From Mobula hypostoma (lineage: Eukaryota), in assembly GCF_963921235.1 (NCBI RefSeq), contig NC_086108.1, forward strand, positions 42,286,001-42,350,000: a stretch of 64,000 nucleotides of DNA, given 5' to 3'. The translations under genes and the position numbers were made by a program. A model generated the notes under the pieces. It ran no database searches. It saw nothing but the letters and a program-made list of their open reading frames with translations, and was not told the DNA's origin. Below are positions 35,893-50,997 of the stretch, piece by piece; within the stretch, counting starts at the first letter, position 1; each line of letters begins with the position of its first letter.

Positions 35893-38460
35893 CAGTGGGT
35901 TCTGGTTATATGGCTATTGGTTAATCAGTCACTTATTTGGGTAAATTTTTAAGGAACAAAAACTAATCGAGAAAATAGCTGGGATTCCTTTCATTTATTT
36001 GGGACACTATGCCACTTAATTGGGACAGGAGAGTGTTGCTAAAAAGGTTCTGACCAGCATAAGTTGCATGCAGTTGTGTGGCCGTCAGACACTGCACCGT
36101 GCTTAAAATGAACAGTTTTTAAATGGCGTCAGTTGTTCAGAAAGCTGTGATTTTTGTCTCTGATACTCGGTGAGAAATAAACAGTAAGAATACTCAGAAC
36201 TGTCTTGCTCACTGGGGTATCAAGCATTCAGGCCAGAAACAGCCGGGAATAAAAATGAAATGACTTCACTACTTCAATAAGTTAGGAACTATGAAGAATT
36301 TGAAGGACTTAACAATGAACTTGAATGTTATAATGAAAGTGAAGATTTGGAGAATGAAATCGCCAAAAGTATTGTATGAAGGTAGTCCATTGTTTGCACT
36401 TGGTGTCTGTGCTGATTTTGTTCATCGTGTACGCTGGATAAATTCCTCTGAAGATAACTATTAGGAACTAATACATAGTTTTTAAGCTCTATGTCACACT
36501 TACCGTGCGACATACAGCTTACATTGCCAGCGATCAGCTAGAGCTCAAGAAAAGCAGCTATGATCTGCACAAGGCTGTCAAGGCTGTGAGACAAGATTGA
36601 GTCAAAATTCACAATGAATAGCACACGTGACTTGTGACGAGGGCTGCATACCATCGCAGGCTTCAAAGCCAAACATTGTGGTGCCACCAACATCCTGGCC
36701 TCTCCCAGATGAGTTCAATAGCTTTTATGCTCGGTTCAATGTCGCTAACTCTGAGCCTCCGAGGAAAGCCACCGCTACAACCTGGTCAACTCTGAGGCTG
36801 AGTTACGCAGATGCCTCCAACAAGTGGACAGTTGCAAGGCTGCGGGACCAGGTGATATCCCAGGGCGAGTACTCAGGATGTGCGCAGCACAACTGGCAGG
36901 TGTGTTTACTGACATTTTTAATCTCTCCCTCTCCCAGTGCAGAGTGCCCTCCTGCTTCCAATTATCCATCATTGTCCCTGTACCAAAAAAGACCCAGGTA
37001 ACATGCCTGAATGACTGACGTCCTGTCACACTCACCTCAGGAATATGCAAATGCTTTGAGAGGCTGGTCAAGGACTACATCTGCAGCATGCTACCACCCA
37101 CACTGGACCCCCTACAATTTGCCCACCGACATAACCGATCGACAGACGACGCAATAACCACTGCTCTACATACTGTCCTTACACATCTGGAGAAGGATGC
37201 TTATGTGAGAATGCTGTTCTTGCGCTACAGTTCAGCATTCAACACCACAGTTCCATCCAGGCTCGACAAGAAGCTCAGAGACCTCAGCCTTGACCCTGCC
37301 TTATGCAGCTGGATCCTGGACTTCCTGTCAGATCACCAGCAGGTGGTAGGAATGGGCTCCCTCACCTCCACCCCTCTTACTCTCAACACAGGTGCCCCTC
37401 AGGGCTGTGTACTAAGCCCCCTCCTTTACTCCTTGTATAGCCATGACTGTGTCACCACCCACAGCTCTAATCTGCTAATTAAATTTGCTGATGACACTAC
37501 ATTGATTGGCCTTATCTCAAACAATAACGAGGTGGCCTACAAGGAAGAAGTCATCACCCTGACACAGTGGTGTCAAGAAAACAACCTCTCCCTCTATGTG
37601 GCAAAAACAAAGGAGCTGGTTGTGGATTACAGGAGGAATGGAGACGGGCTAACCCCTATTGACATCAATGGATCTGGGGTTGAGAGGGTGAACAGCTTTA
37701 TGTTCCTCAGCATCCACATCACCGAGGACCTCACGTGGTCTATACATACCAGCTGTGTGGTGAAAAAGGCACAGCACCTCAGACAGTTGAGGAAGTTTGG
37801 TATGGGCCCCCAAATCCTAAGAACTTTCTACAGGGGCACAATTGAGGGCATCCTGACTGGCTACATCACTGCCTGGTATGGGAACTTAATTGCAGGACTC
37901 TGCAGAGAGTGGTGCGGACAGCCCAGTGCATCTGTAGTTGTGAACTTCCCATGATTCAGGATATTTACAAAGACAGGTGTGTAAGAAGGGCCCGAAGGAT
38001 CATTGGGGACCCGAGTCACCCCAACGTCAATCTATTTCAGCTGCTACCACCAAGCCAGGACCAACAGATTCCAGGACAGCTTCTTCCACCAGGTCATCAG
38101 ACTGATTAACTCACACTGATTTGAGTGTATTTTATGTTACATTGACTGTTCTATTCATTACAAATTACTATGATTGCACATTGCACATTTAGATAGAGAC
38201 GTAACATAAAGATTTTTACTTCTCGTGTATGTGAAGGATGTAAGAAATAAAGTCAATTCATTCATTCATTCATTTTATAGTAATGTACTATTAGTAGTAT
38301 TCTAATTTGTTCTGAATTTCATTTAAAATACCTAATTTGTTACTCTGTCTTTTTTATACCTTTTTAACCATTTCCATGAAACTTCAGTTAATTGGTGCAG
38401 GCACTTAATTAGGCAAAATTGTACTGGTCCCAATGTGTCACAAATAACCAGGATCTACTG
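35893..38460 (+). mobile_element. pogo/Tigger-like non-autonomous element split by a Rex1 insertion
   Basis: TA|cagtgggttctggtta ... taaccaggatctactg|TA; homologous to 27637-28412. Confidence 0.72.
36490..38275 (+). mobile_element. Rex1/Babar LINE, 5'-truncated, RT region
   Basis: ORF 37088-37954 [40 protein letters not shown]; (catt)n tail. Confidence 0.95.
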
Positions 38461-40582
38461 TATAATTCTGTCTTTACTTCTGTAAGTTTGCACCTTAGGC
38501 AGGTGCCAGTACTTAAAGAGGAAGCAGTAAAATTGAAGTTTTCATTAAGAAGTTACGACAGTAAAGTTAATAGAATTTTATTTTTGTATGCTTCTTTCCT
38601 CATCTGTGGACTGATTCTCAGAATCACGAAGGTGAGCAAGGTATTCTGCTCCATAGGTTTGTGTCTAGTTTGAGATCTTTTCCTCAAATGATCAAAGGTT
38701 TGCTGGTCATTTGAGAAAAAGTGGTGTGAAGTACATTTTGATTATAATCCTCGGCTTCCAAGGTATGGGAAGTAGTCCAGGTTTCTTCGGAGCCCCCTGC
38801 GAACGTTTTGTTTTGTCTGTGGGCAGTGTGATGAAGCAGTGCTGATACTTAATTACTTAGCGTGACCATCTTGTGCATGGAGGCTAAATATAGAGTGAAA
38901 AAGCAAAGTTGATTGACCAAGAAGTCTTGTCAAGAAAATTATTCCTGTTCTTATCTAGCTTCTTCGGAATCGGGTAGCATCCTGTAATTCTCTTGCCATT
39001 CTGCCTCAGAGCTTCTGGAGACAGCCCTGCTGAGCTGTTTGTCGTTTCTGCAGTCTCTGCAGTCGTTTCCAGTCTATTCCATACCAGTCTCCAGCAGCGA
39101 TCCTGATGTCAGTGTCCTCTCTATATTTCATTATCAAAGCTGTACCTCTTGCTGTGGTACTTGTTTGGTGATGTTGAAACAGCTTTTTGTCGGGCACTAA
39201 TCCACAGTTTGGCTGCTGGACAAACAGCCAAAACAGGTCTTTGCTATTGTCGTATCGCTGTTGTTTCATAGCATTTGTTATTTGTCACAGGAGGCAGTGC
39301 ATGTCATTTCAAACAATGTGATTTTAAAATCCTAGCCACTGAACTATAGTGAGGGAAATTTTGACTCCACTATAATTACAGTTTAGATATGCTACAGTGA
39401 TTGAACAATATTTTTTCCAGCTGTATTCAATAAATAGACTCAGCTTTCTGAATTAATTCCAGGACACATTACTCCATGATTCAATCTAAATGCCTTCATG
39501 CTTGGTTGCATCTGTATCACAACTTTGCTTCTGAAATTCTTGCTATAGTTTTTGCACTGGAGATCCACAGTTATCTTCAGATTTTATGGTACTTTCAACT
39601 TTCTTAATATCAAATAGACAACCTTACTTTAAACTGTATCACCCTCAATTTTATCTGCTCATAACTTTATCAGAGCTGCTTTGCAAACTCCCAGTACACA
39701 GGCCACCTGCCTTGGAGTTATCAGCACGCTTGGATCTTGGCCTCTCTTTTCCTTCTCCCAAGTAATTTAAGTTTACAATGCAAAGCAAGGTTCCGGATCC
39801 CTCAGGCTGCTTCCCGCCAGTATGGATATTTAACTGTTATCATTATTCAATGTTGCCTAAATGCAAGCGATAGATATTATTGGAGATAAACATCATGCAG
39901 AAATGCACATCATCCTATAAGGGCACTTTTAGTAACTTGTCCATGCCTGCTCACCACATGAAGTCAGCCTTTAGAGTATCATGAATGGCCCCCATCAATC
40001 TGGGGAGAATACATAGATTCCTTGTTATCTACTGACTTGCTATCTATGGGTCCTTGCACTTGTGAATTCAGCTTTGGGGCTCATCTCAAGTGTTATGAAT
40101 GAATGCATCTATATACATGCACACATTGAGGGACTAATCACTGTATAAATAAGGTGATCAATCTCCAGTCCACTTGTATCTGGTAGTTCCCTGCTGCGCA
40201 CTGCTCTAATAGAGAGCAGTCTTTACATGTCTTTTCAAAGTGATCTAACACATTTCTCTATTTCACTGGATTCAATGGATGTTGGCTGTTAACTAATACC
40301 GTTTCTTCCGTTGCATTTAAATGTTTTAACATGTTTATTAAAGCATATTGATGTGTGTTAATTATTTTGGAACGTGAAAGGTATGTTTATTTATTGGTGA
40401 AGTTATATTGGACACTTAAGTAATTGCTATCTACAGGAAACTAGTGACCCTATTCCTGGTAATGTATTTGACTTAAGGCAACTTTATCCTGCAAAACAAT
40501 GTTTTAATATTTGCTTCAGGTTATGGTAGTTTTTGCATTTTTTCCCCCAGTATAAAATTTGGATCCATTACTCCTTAACTTT

Positions 40583-41065
40583 AGATAGATAGGTAGATAG
40601 ATAGCTACTTCATTGATCCCAAAGGAAATTACAGTGTCACAGTAGCATGACAAGTGCACAGATATAAATATTAGAAGAGAAGTAGAATGAATAAAAAATA
40701 GATTACCACAAGCAGTCTAAAAGGCGTGGGCCATCACTTCCCTGGCTATAGGTTGACTCATTATAGAGCCAAATGGCCGAGGGTAAGAATGACCTCATAT
40801 AGCACTCCTTGGAGCAGCACAGTTGTCTTAGTGTATTACTAAAAGTGTTCCTCTGTTCAGCCAAGGTGGCATGCAAAGAGTGGGACACATTATCCAAAAT
40901 GGCCGGGATTTCCTGTAGGGTCCTTTGATCTACCACAACCTCCAGTGTGTTCAGTTTGACTCCTATAACAGAGCCAGCCTTTCTAATCAGTTTATTGAGC
41001 CTGTTGGCATCACCCGTTGATGCCTTTGCCCCAGCACACTACAACATAGAAGATTGTACTGGTTA
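40583..41065 (-). mobile_element. Rex1/Babar-like LINE 3' end of a second lineage with (GATA)n tail
   Basis: ORF 40703-40936 ILDNVSHSLH...RSFLPSAIWLYN is typical of the Rex1 C-terminus. Confidence 0.8.
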
Positions 41066-44000
41066 CTAAACAATCCAGATAAAATGATTCGAGCCCTTTT
41101 CGGCTGCTCTAACATTACTAAACAAATTATATATCAAGGAATATGTTTTTGCCTGAAGTTCTGCTGGAAGTGATTCCAATTATAATTTTCAAAGAATATG
41201 ACAGATAGTCAAGGATGAGCAGCTAACAGGATGTAAGACAAACCACAACAGATGTTCTAATAAGTATTTCAGAAAGACAGGACTGTTGTTTGAAGAGAGA
41301 TTAGGTTCTGTATTAGTACCTGTATTCACTAGGGTTTAGAAGAATGAGGGCAGAATCCAATTGAAATTTACTCAAATATTTACAGGGCTAGAAACACTGG
41401 ATGATTTCCTTCCCTGGGTGATTTGGAATGAGGGGTTAAGTTCACAGGTTTGAGATGAGACATTGGGAACTGAAATGAGGTGAAATTACTTCACTCAGAG
41501 GGTGGCGACTTTACCACAAAAGGCAACGGAGGTCATTATGCTGAATATATTTAAAAGCAGTTTCATAGACATTTAGACGCATCAAAGGGCATATTGTAAG
41601 AGCAGGCATATGGTACTGAAATAAAGGATCACCCATGGTGGTATTCAATGGCAGAGTGGTCATGAGCCACTGAACGGTCTATTCCTGCTCCTGATTGCTA
41701 TGCTTCCCACCCGATCCCATCTCCATGTCCTCTGCCAAGTCTTTGTCATCATTTGCTTGTGCAGTCAAATGCAGTATTAAAAAACTTACTTGTCTGGCTG
41801 TTGATAATTTTATTTCCTTTCTATACATTGCAGCTGATACATTTTACACATGGAAGTAATCAAAGATAGAATACTACATTGACTTCTCCACGCTCATTTG
41901 TCTGTGTATGAGCTGGGACTAAACTGATGTAGAAGCTTCCTGATTCTCCTTTATTTCTGCTCAGTCAGCTCTTTTAGAAATGCAACAACACTAGGCATAT
42001 TCATATAACACAGAAATGATCTCTTGCCCACTATGTCTATGACAACCTTTTTGCCTATCTGTACTAATCCCAATTGCCCTCATTAAGGCTGTTTCCTTCT
42101 TGGCCGTGCTTATTTAAGTGCCTGTCTAACTGACCTCTCACAGGCATTTTCCCCAGTCATGCTTGAATGTGGGAGAGAGTTGAAGATGGTTTATCTTCTT
42201 GCTACAGTTTGGACCTTTAATTCCACGGAGTTGAAGTAAAAGGTGTTCAATTTCAATGCAAATATATTTTCCATTCAGTTGGCCCTAGTTTGAACCTTGT
42301 GGGTCACACTTCACTATTCATGTTGTCAATAGCATGTAAGAAAATTTCCTGTTTCTGAAATCCCAGATGTCATTGAATTGTTCAGCATTTCATGACGTTG
42401 TTCTACGCTACCTAAAATGGTACAGTTATCATATGGAGCCTTTCCATTACTTTTGTCACAATTTCCTGAACTTCTGTTGAGCTCTACAGTTCCTTTCTTC
42501 AAAAGCCCCGGATGCTATGTTTCTTCCTTGATGAATACTGTGGACAGAATATCAAAGTGAGACATTTTGCGTGCATGGCTTTGGGAAAAATATGGTTACT
42601 TGGCATGCCTTACTTATTACGTTTTTCACAATCTTCATTTTGCCCTTCCTTTACAAAAGAAGTTTATCTGCAGATAAACCAAGGGGACTTTTAAAAATTG
42701 ACAGTCCTGACTGAATTTGAGATTTGTCTTGTTTTAAGCACACTATATAATTATATTTACTCCACATGTAATTTGCAGCTCAGCTCATCTTTTTATAAGT
42801 TTTTCCCAAATAAATGTTAAAAGTCCATGGACAGTTCATCCTGGTAACTGCAGAGTGTTGTTCATTCACAGCTGACAGCACCAGATGGAACCTTTTAATA
42901 CTTTTCCTGCATGTCCCATGTTTGTTAGATGAGATTTTCCAAGGAGTGTGAAATTGAGTAGAGACCATTTCTTTCTGAGCATTTGCTTTCTAATTCTGCA
43001 CTTAATTTAAAACAAAATTACGGTTCTCCTGTGTTAATGTTTTGTTCAAGTTATGCATGAAAATGATTTGAAAGTGAGTGTGAGCAGGAATCAGTAGAAT
43101 TAATTAATGACTGCAGACAGAAATTAAGGAGAAACTGCATTTCACTGCAGAACTTCACTGCAAACGTAGTAATTGGAACAAAGGCTGATGTCTTCATTGG
43201 TTGTGTTACCACCCCATAAGCCTTGCTTTCTATCTAATCCCGAGTTGCCTGCCTCATGCTTTTTTGTTTCCTATTCCCTTCCCATTTTAATTATGTATAT
43301 TAATTGAATTTCTGCATTGTACATTGAAGGGTAATGGAGCCATAGTAACAATCTTGACAGTAAATCTTAGGGAATTCATTTTGCACGGGAAATCTTACCT
43401 ATTCTGTCTCATTGGTTCTTGCTTTGTTAATCGTGCAATGAGCTAACCTTATTTATAGTTGTTGACAAGGCTCTGTTTCTGAGTGCAAATGCGGTGACAT
43501 GCTGAAACCGTGTACCTGCCATCTGCTGCTGAACAGATTGCAGGTCAAATGAATCTTGAAAATCATAAAGGCACAGAATCGGAAGGATAGTAAAATTATG
43601 ACAAGAATTTCAGATCTGCTACAGTAAAACAGACTTCCATAAATGTTTTATTAAGCCAGATGATGCAAATGATGTATTATGAACAAAACATCATTTGGTA
43701 AGATCATGTTGAAATTTTGTGCATTTTGAGTAACTGCAATCTGGCTTAAGAGGCATTTGTTATGGATATTTCAGAACTACCGTGAGTTTAAGACTGAATG
43801 AATGTTCTACAGGGCACGATGTGGCATACTAATTGTACATGCCCAGAAGGAAATTGCCCCATATTTGATCTTGAGTTATGTTGTATAGTGAAAATGAGGT
43901 GAAGTATGCCCATTAAGCTATTTTAAAAATGTACAGTCAGCTTTACTCAACTTCCTTATACCCCCACCAGTCCTTTTTTTTAAAACCCAAAATGTATACA

Positions 44001-44989
44001 AATCCTTTTTGAACCCAATACGTATACAAAACTTTTTAAACCAGAAAGGAATATTTCCAGTCCTTTTTCGATAAAATGACTATGGCTCAAAAAGCAAATA
44101 TTGAAATACACAGTTGTACAAAATCATAGTATTAAAACAAGATAAAACAAATTATAGGATTCTGACCAGTTTATTAACTGGTCTCAGTAATAAATCATTT
44201 CTGTCCAATGTTGTATTCATTATTAATATCATAACATTGCAGCAAAATATAAATCTTTTCAGTCTTAATAATGTTTTATTAAATCATTTGGTAACAATTT
44301 CTTGTGATGAATTACAATTATTCATGCATCAAAATAAAACCAGCAGCTGTGCATTAATAGTGGCATTGTAAAAGAATAGAGTTCCAATATTTTTGAATTC
44401 TGTATTGTCTTTGAGAGGGAGGGGTAGGGTGGGGAGAGAGTGAGTGAGCAGAGTAAAATGTGTGTGTTTGGGTTGGAGAGTTCAGTTAAGGTAATAGAGC
44501 GGGGGGATGTAATGGGTCTAGTAGTAGGTTGGGGTACATCATTGATGGAGGGCAGAATGGAACAGTGCAAGGCAGAAGTACTTCTCTTGCCCCTCTCTTC
44601 CTCCCACTGCTCTCACACACCCTCCACACGGTCTGCATCACTCGCCCTCACTCCCACTGCCCTCTCATTCTCCCTCCCTCCAAACTCTCACTCCCCACAC
44701 CAGCCAGCTCTCTCTTTCTTGCCCCATACCCCCGGACCTCTTTCTCTCCATCCAAGCCCTCTCCCTTATACACCCATCACTATCTCATTTCTGCCATACT
44801 CCCAGTCCTCCTCCTCCTTCACCCCTCCCCCACACGACCCTCTCATTCTCCCCCAAACCCCGAGCCTTCTTTCTTTCTTCCTCCACTCCATGGTTCTCTC
44901 TAATTCTCTTTCTCTTCCTCCTATCTCTTCAGTTTTATCATACTACTTCTGGTGTTCTTTTGTCAGTCACCTTCAAATACCTGTCTGTG

Positions 44990-46725
44990 TACTTTGTCAA
45001 CAAGACTTCCTGCAGAGCAAAACCCAACAGCATGAATGGCAGTGATGCTTCACTACCAGATGAGCTCAACTCCTCTATGCCTGCTTTGGAAGGGACCATA
45101 TAACTACAGCTGTTAATATCCCTGCTGCACCCTGTGATCTCTGTCTTGGAGGCCAATGTCAGGCTGTCTTTAAGGAGGGTGAACCCTCGTAAGGCAGCAG
45201 GCCCCGATGGAGTAGCTGGTAAGGCTCTGAAAACTTGTGCCAACCAACTGGCAGGAATATTCAAGAACATTTTCAACCTCTCACTGCTGCAGATGGAAGT
45301 TCCCACCTGCTTCAAAAAGGCAACAATTATACCAGTGCCTAAGAGGAATAATGTGAGCTGCCTTAATGACTATTATCCAGTAGCACTCACATCTATGGTG
45401 ATGAAATGTTTAGAGAGGTTGCTCATGGCTAGAATAAACTCCTGCCTCAGGAAGGATCTGGATCCACTGCAATTTGCCAAACGCCACGGTAGGTCTATGG
45501 CAGACACAATCTCAATAGCTCTTCACGCAGCCTTAGATTACCTGGACAATGTCAAGAAGCTGTTCATTTTCTGTAGCTCAGCGTCTAACACAATCATTCC
45601 CACAGTCCTGATCGATAAGCTACAGAACCTGGGCCTCTGTACCTCCCTCTGCAAATGGATCTTCGACTTCCTAACCAAAAGACCACAGTCTGGTGCGGAT
45701 TGGTGATAATACCTCCTCCTCGCTGACGATCAACATTGGTGCATCTCAGGGTTGTGTGCTTAGTCCACTGTTCTGCTCCCTCTCGACCCATGACTGTGTG
45801 ACTAGGTATCGCTGAAATAGCATCTACAAATTTGCTGGTGATACAACCATTGTTGGTAGAATCTTAGATGGAGACAAGAGGGTGTACAGGAGTGAGATAT
45901 ACCAACTGGTTGAGTGGTGTTACAGCAACAACCCGGTACTCCACATCAGTAAGATGAAAGAACTGATTGTGGACTTCAGGAAGGGTAAGACAAAGGAACA
46001 TGAACAATCCTCAGAGAGCAATCAGAAGTGGAGAGACTGAGCAACTTCAAGTTCCCGGTTGTCAAGATCTCTGAGGATCTAACCTGGTCCTAACATATCG
46101 ATGCAGCTCTAAAGAAGGCAAGACAGTGGCTATATTTTGTTAGGAGTATGAAGAGATTTGGTTTGTCACCAAAAACACTCAAAAACTTCTGTAAATGTAC
46201 CATGGAGAGCATTCTGTCAAGCTGCATCACTGTCTGGTGGCGGGGGGGGGGGAGGTTGGGGGTGCTACTACATAAGATCGAAAGAAGCTACAGAAAGTTG
46301 TAAAATTAGTCAGCTCCATCTTAGGTACTAACCTCTATAGTATCCAATATACCTCCAAGAAGTGGTGCCTGAGAAAGGCACCATCCATTATTAAGGACCC
46401 CCATCACCCAGGGCATGTCCTCTTCTCATTGTTACCATTAGGAAGGAGGTACAGAAGCCTGAAGGCACACACACAGTGACTCAGGAACAGCTTCTTCCCC
46501 TCTGCCATACAATTTCTAAACGGACATCGAACCCATGAACACTACCTCACTTTTTTAAAATACACACTATTTCTGTTTTTGCACTATTTTAATATATTTA
46601 ATATGCACATATATATACTTATTTGTTTTTTTCTTTCTATATTATCATGTATTGCAATGTACTGCAGCTGCTAAGTTAACAAATTTCACAACACATACTG
46701 GTGTTAATAGACCTGATTCAGATTC
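44990..46725 (+). mobile_element. Rex1/Babar LINE, 5'-truncated, degenerate
   Basis: ORF 45134-45706 [27 protein letters not shown]; tail ctgattcagattct. Confidence 0.93.
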
Positions 46726-48789
46726 TAAACTCTACTTCATTCTAAGTACCTCTATCAAAGCCCATAAATTATAAGAGCAAGGAAGTCATAACTTTAAAAA
46801 ATATATATTCTGGTTCTGCCACAGCTGAAGTATCACATCCGTTTCTGACCATCACACATTAGGGCAATGGAATGCCCTTAGGTTGCAGAAGATTCAAAGA
46901 TTCAAAAAACTTTATTGTCATTCTAACCATACATCAGCTCTGCAGGGCAGAATGAGACAGCATTCCTCAGGGGCAGTGCAGTCATTCACAGAAAGGATTC
47001 AATGGCTGAGGGACTTCATGGATATACTGGAGAAACTGCAAATTATTGGAATGAAAGAGGGTGAATAGGGATCTGATGGAGATGTTTAAATTCATGAATG
47101 ATCTACATAGAACACATTGAGTGAAGCTGTTCCTAGAAGTGGGGCTGTCAGGGACTATATGACATTGGCATTGTTCACATTCCTGGAGGATCTAATGAAT
47201 TTTTAAAAGGCTGCAACATGCCGGGCAGGAGGAAAGGGAGTAGGAATAGATGGGTTGCACTTGCATAGAGCTATCACAGATTTAATGGCTCAACTGCCTC
47301 CTTTTCTGCTGTGACTTCTCCGATTCTTAAACGTGAGGATGACCTGAATTGTATGATTACACTGCAAAATGCCAGAAGGTCGGAATATGCTTCATGCCTT
47401 GCTGTTCCATAAATATCTGTATTCAAAATCATCAATCTGAAATGAATCACAGGAGAGTTGAGAAAGATACATCTGTGTGAAACTAATTGCTGTATAGAGC
47501 TGTAATTTCATTTCTTTTGCAAAAGCTTCATGGGGATATTAGAACCTGACTGCTGTTGTCGAAAGTGTGATCTTAGATGTGTAATTGTATGGAATGAGGT
47601 GTAAACGGGCTGCTGTGTTTCAAAGTTCTGCTGCAATTTCAAAAGAAGATATTGAGTGTATTTCTAGAACAAGTGAAATTACAGCTATTTGCAACTTCTG
47701 CCTAAATATTCCATTGAATCAAAGGGAAATTATTTGGTACTGTGAACATTGCTGCTACGTATTACTAAGGTTATAAACTTCTGTCAGTGCACTTGACAGC
47801 AGCTGTTTCTGTTAGCATTTGATATGCATCTGTGAGGTTTGCATTTGGGAAGGGCAGTTTGCCCTGATGTATTCAGCCTTTGAACAAATTAATTCAAGAT
47901 GCAGCAAATACTAGGCATGAAACATGAGGGGAATATACAAATGAGGAATAAAATTGAAATTGGTATTAGACTTCACTGTAATAATATTGGCATTATTCTG
48001 GGTAAACCTTTGTTGTAATATCTTGCTAAAATTGAATTGGGTTTCAGTGGGTTGTTTATAGAAGAGAAAGATTGTGTTCATCCTATGATTTGCTTGAACT
48101 TATAGCACTGGAGTATAATGTAGCATTAATTGACGGTGTCACATTGATAGAAGACTGTTCCTAAGATACTGTCTTAAATTACCATGCATTTATCTGACTG
48201 ATTTATGATTGAGTGTGCGGGAAGTACTGGATGTTATGGGGATGATGAAAATGCTTTTCAGGATCAAAGTTGCCTTGCAGTGCAATCAGAGTGGAGTTCT
48301 CTTCAGGGAAGCCTGACATGGGGCTCTAGTTGCTGAAGTTTGGACTTGGTGGCTCTTCACCCTCTTCATATTCCTTTTCTTCCAGCTTCTGATCATTCTG
48401 GTGTTGGGTTTTGCCCTGGTGCTTTAGCTGTCTTGTCCGCTGGACCTTCCCTTTCTCCCCAAGGAGGCAATGGCTGAGCATGTCTGATGGGCTAGTTATG
48501 AAGATGTGACTCTATGGAGACTTTGGCTGCTGAGTACAATAAGACACAGCTCGATAGTCACTTTGACTGAACTGCTAGTAATAGTGTGGCTGTGAGTGTA
48601 GCACTGGTCAGGTGGTGTGTATGGAGCTGTAAACAGTCATATGAGCAAGGGATAACTTTTGCCCAGCACAATCCAATCTTTTGGCCTCCTGAAGGATGAA
48701 AGTACATCATTTCTATGTATTCGCCCAGGACCAAATTTTCTACCATATGTTAACCCTTTCATTCCCAGGCTCATCTTCATGGGTTTTTT

Positions 48790-49770
48790 GAGATAAAGAA
48801 GGAGGTAAAGTCAGGTCTCTTAAACAACATTAATGTGGATATATCACCAGGGCCTGATGGAAGTTACCTCAGATTATTGAAAGGCAACAGGTGAGATTGC
48901 TGGGGCTTTGACCAATATCTTTGTCTTCCCTAGCCACAGACCTGGTCCCGGAGGACTAGTGAGTAGCTAATGTTGTTCCGTTATTCAAGATGGGAAACAG
49001 GGATAATCCTGGAAACTATAGACTGGTGAGTCTCACATCAGTGGTAGGAAAGTTACTGGAGAGGATTCTCAGGTATAGGATTTATGAGCAATTGCAAAAT
49101 TATGGCCTAATTAATGGTACTCAGCATAGCCTTAGCGTGGGGTCAGCCATGTCTTACGAACTTGATTGAATTTTTTGAGGACGTAACAAATGTGATTGAT
49201 GAGGATGAATTTGTGGATGCTGTCTATATGGATTTCAGTAAGGCATTTGAGAAGGTCCCACCCAGGAGACTTGTCCGGAAGATTAAGATGCATGGGATCC
49301 ACGGTGAATTGGCACAGGAATGGTCCTAGGAATGAAAGGGTTAACATACGAGGAGCATTAGATGGGTCTGGGCCTGTACTCACACAAGTTTAGAAGGATT
49401 GGGTGTGGCATAAGGGAAGGTTTTCTTAGAAACTTACGGAACATTGAAAGGCCTTGATAGAGTAGATGAGGAGAGGGAAACTGTAGGGCCAGAGGACACA
49501 GGCTCAGAAAGGATGTCCTTTAGAACAGAGATGAGGAAGAGTTCCTTTAGCCAGAGGGTGGTGAATCTGTGGAATTCATTGCCACAGATGGATATGGAGG
49601 CCAAGGCATTGGATGTATTTAAAGCAGAGGTTGTTGATAAGTTTTTGGGAGTTACAGGGAGCAGGCAGGAGAATGGGGTTGAGAGGGAAAATAAACCAGC
49701 CATGATAGAATGACAGAGCAAATTGGAGGAACCAAGTGACCTAATTCTTCTCTGGTGTTTTATGGTCTTA
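48790..49770 (+). mobile_element. CR1 ORF2 fragments
   Basis: CLTNLIEFFEDVT, YMDFSKAFEKV, FSQRVVNLWNSLP; tail tatggtctta. Confidence 0.88.
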
Positions 49771-50997
49771 AAGTCTAAATCATTTTAAATATATTTTGTC
49801 AGAGGTGCAATGCATTTTATTACTGTATTTTAATATCTGTCTTAACAAATGCACAATTCTTCTCTTACACCTTATAAAATAATTATATGTATTATACATA
49901 AATCTCCTGTTTGAAACATTTTAGATTGCATTTGAAATTTAAGATTTAACATTTTACATTTAAGTTTATAATGTGCTTTAAGTGGAAACTAACCACTCAT
50001 ATAAGTAATTCAGAAGTATTATTTCAAAAGAGTTGCTTTAAAGTTATGGCAAGTCTATATAAACTGGGATGAGTTCTACAACTTGACGAGTCTGTGGAAA
50101 TTAGGTACAAAAAGGCAACTTTTTTTTAAAGAATTAGATGTACTATATAGTCCAATGTTGACAAAAGAAACAGCAGATGCCTAAAGTAGGAGTTGTATTA
50201 GTAATGTGGTCTACTCTAGACTATATTCAGTCATTTCTCCCTCCTGATACTCCTGTCATTAACAGATATTGTTAACATATTTCACACATATGCCGGGGAT
50301 ATTAAATCTGATTCTGATTCTGAATTCAGGATTTTTTCCCTATCTCCATTTTGTTATTCCAAGCTTGTAGCATTTTTTAGAATAACACATTTGAAGCCAA
50401 AATGTTTTTTTTTGGAGAAAGGTAGTTGTACTGATTTTGACTCTCTGGAGCTGAACATTTGCATGTATCTGTGAATCTGTAAAAAATAATTCCTGTTTAT
50501 GAATTTTGACATTATTTCCTTTAAAAGGAAAGAGCTGATTACACTTGGCTACTCCTCGCTAGAGGAATGAACTGTATTACTAAGTCTCGACTGGCTTTTG
50601 AGTGATGTCATCTGATTCTCTATATGAAAGGACCCTTGGAAATACATTCATTCTCTCAATATTCAGTGTCTGTGCACAGAACAATTGTTCGGTCGATTCA
50701 TTGATTAAATAGAAAGTTGGGAAGTGTTTTAATTAGTTTAATAACCTGTTACCATCTTGGGAAATGTTAAAGTGTTTTAATTGAAGGTGAATGACTGATT
50801 CTTCAGCTATCTCTTGATGTTTGAGGATCTTATGCTTAGATGATGTTTGTGATGAACAAAAGCCAAACCAAGTATTTCATATTCCCCCAGTGGGCAGTGG
50901 ATGTGCTTTAACAGGGAAAGGCAGCTGTTCCTATATAAAATGTGTAATTTTTACATCTGTATCCTTCTGAGCTTTAATATTTATTTTTTCTTTGCAG

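Noticed and set aside
37088..37954. Intact or domesticated reverse transcriptase
   Set aside because: The element is 5'-truncated with stops and frameshifts on both sides and a damaged motif (FLRYSSAFN).
38828..38845. Possible C/D-box snoRNA (GTGATGA...CTGA)
   Set aside because: The boxes are only 7 nt apart and I could not find a convincing terminal stem or guide.
44440..45045. 201-aa Pro/Ser/Leu-rich ORF
   Set aside because: Arises from a C/T-rich low-complexity tract running into a Rex1 LINE.
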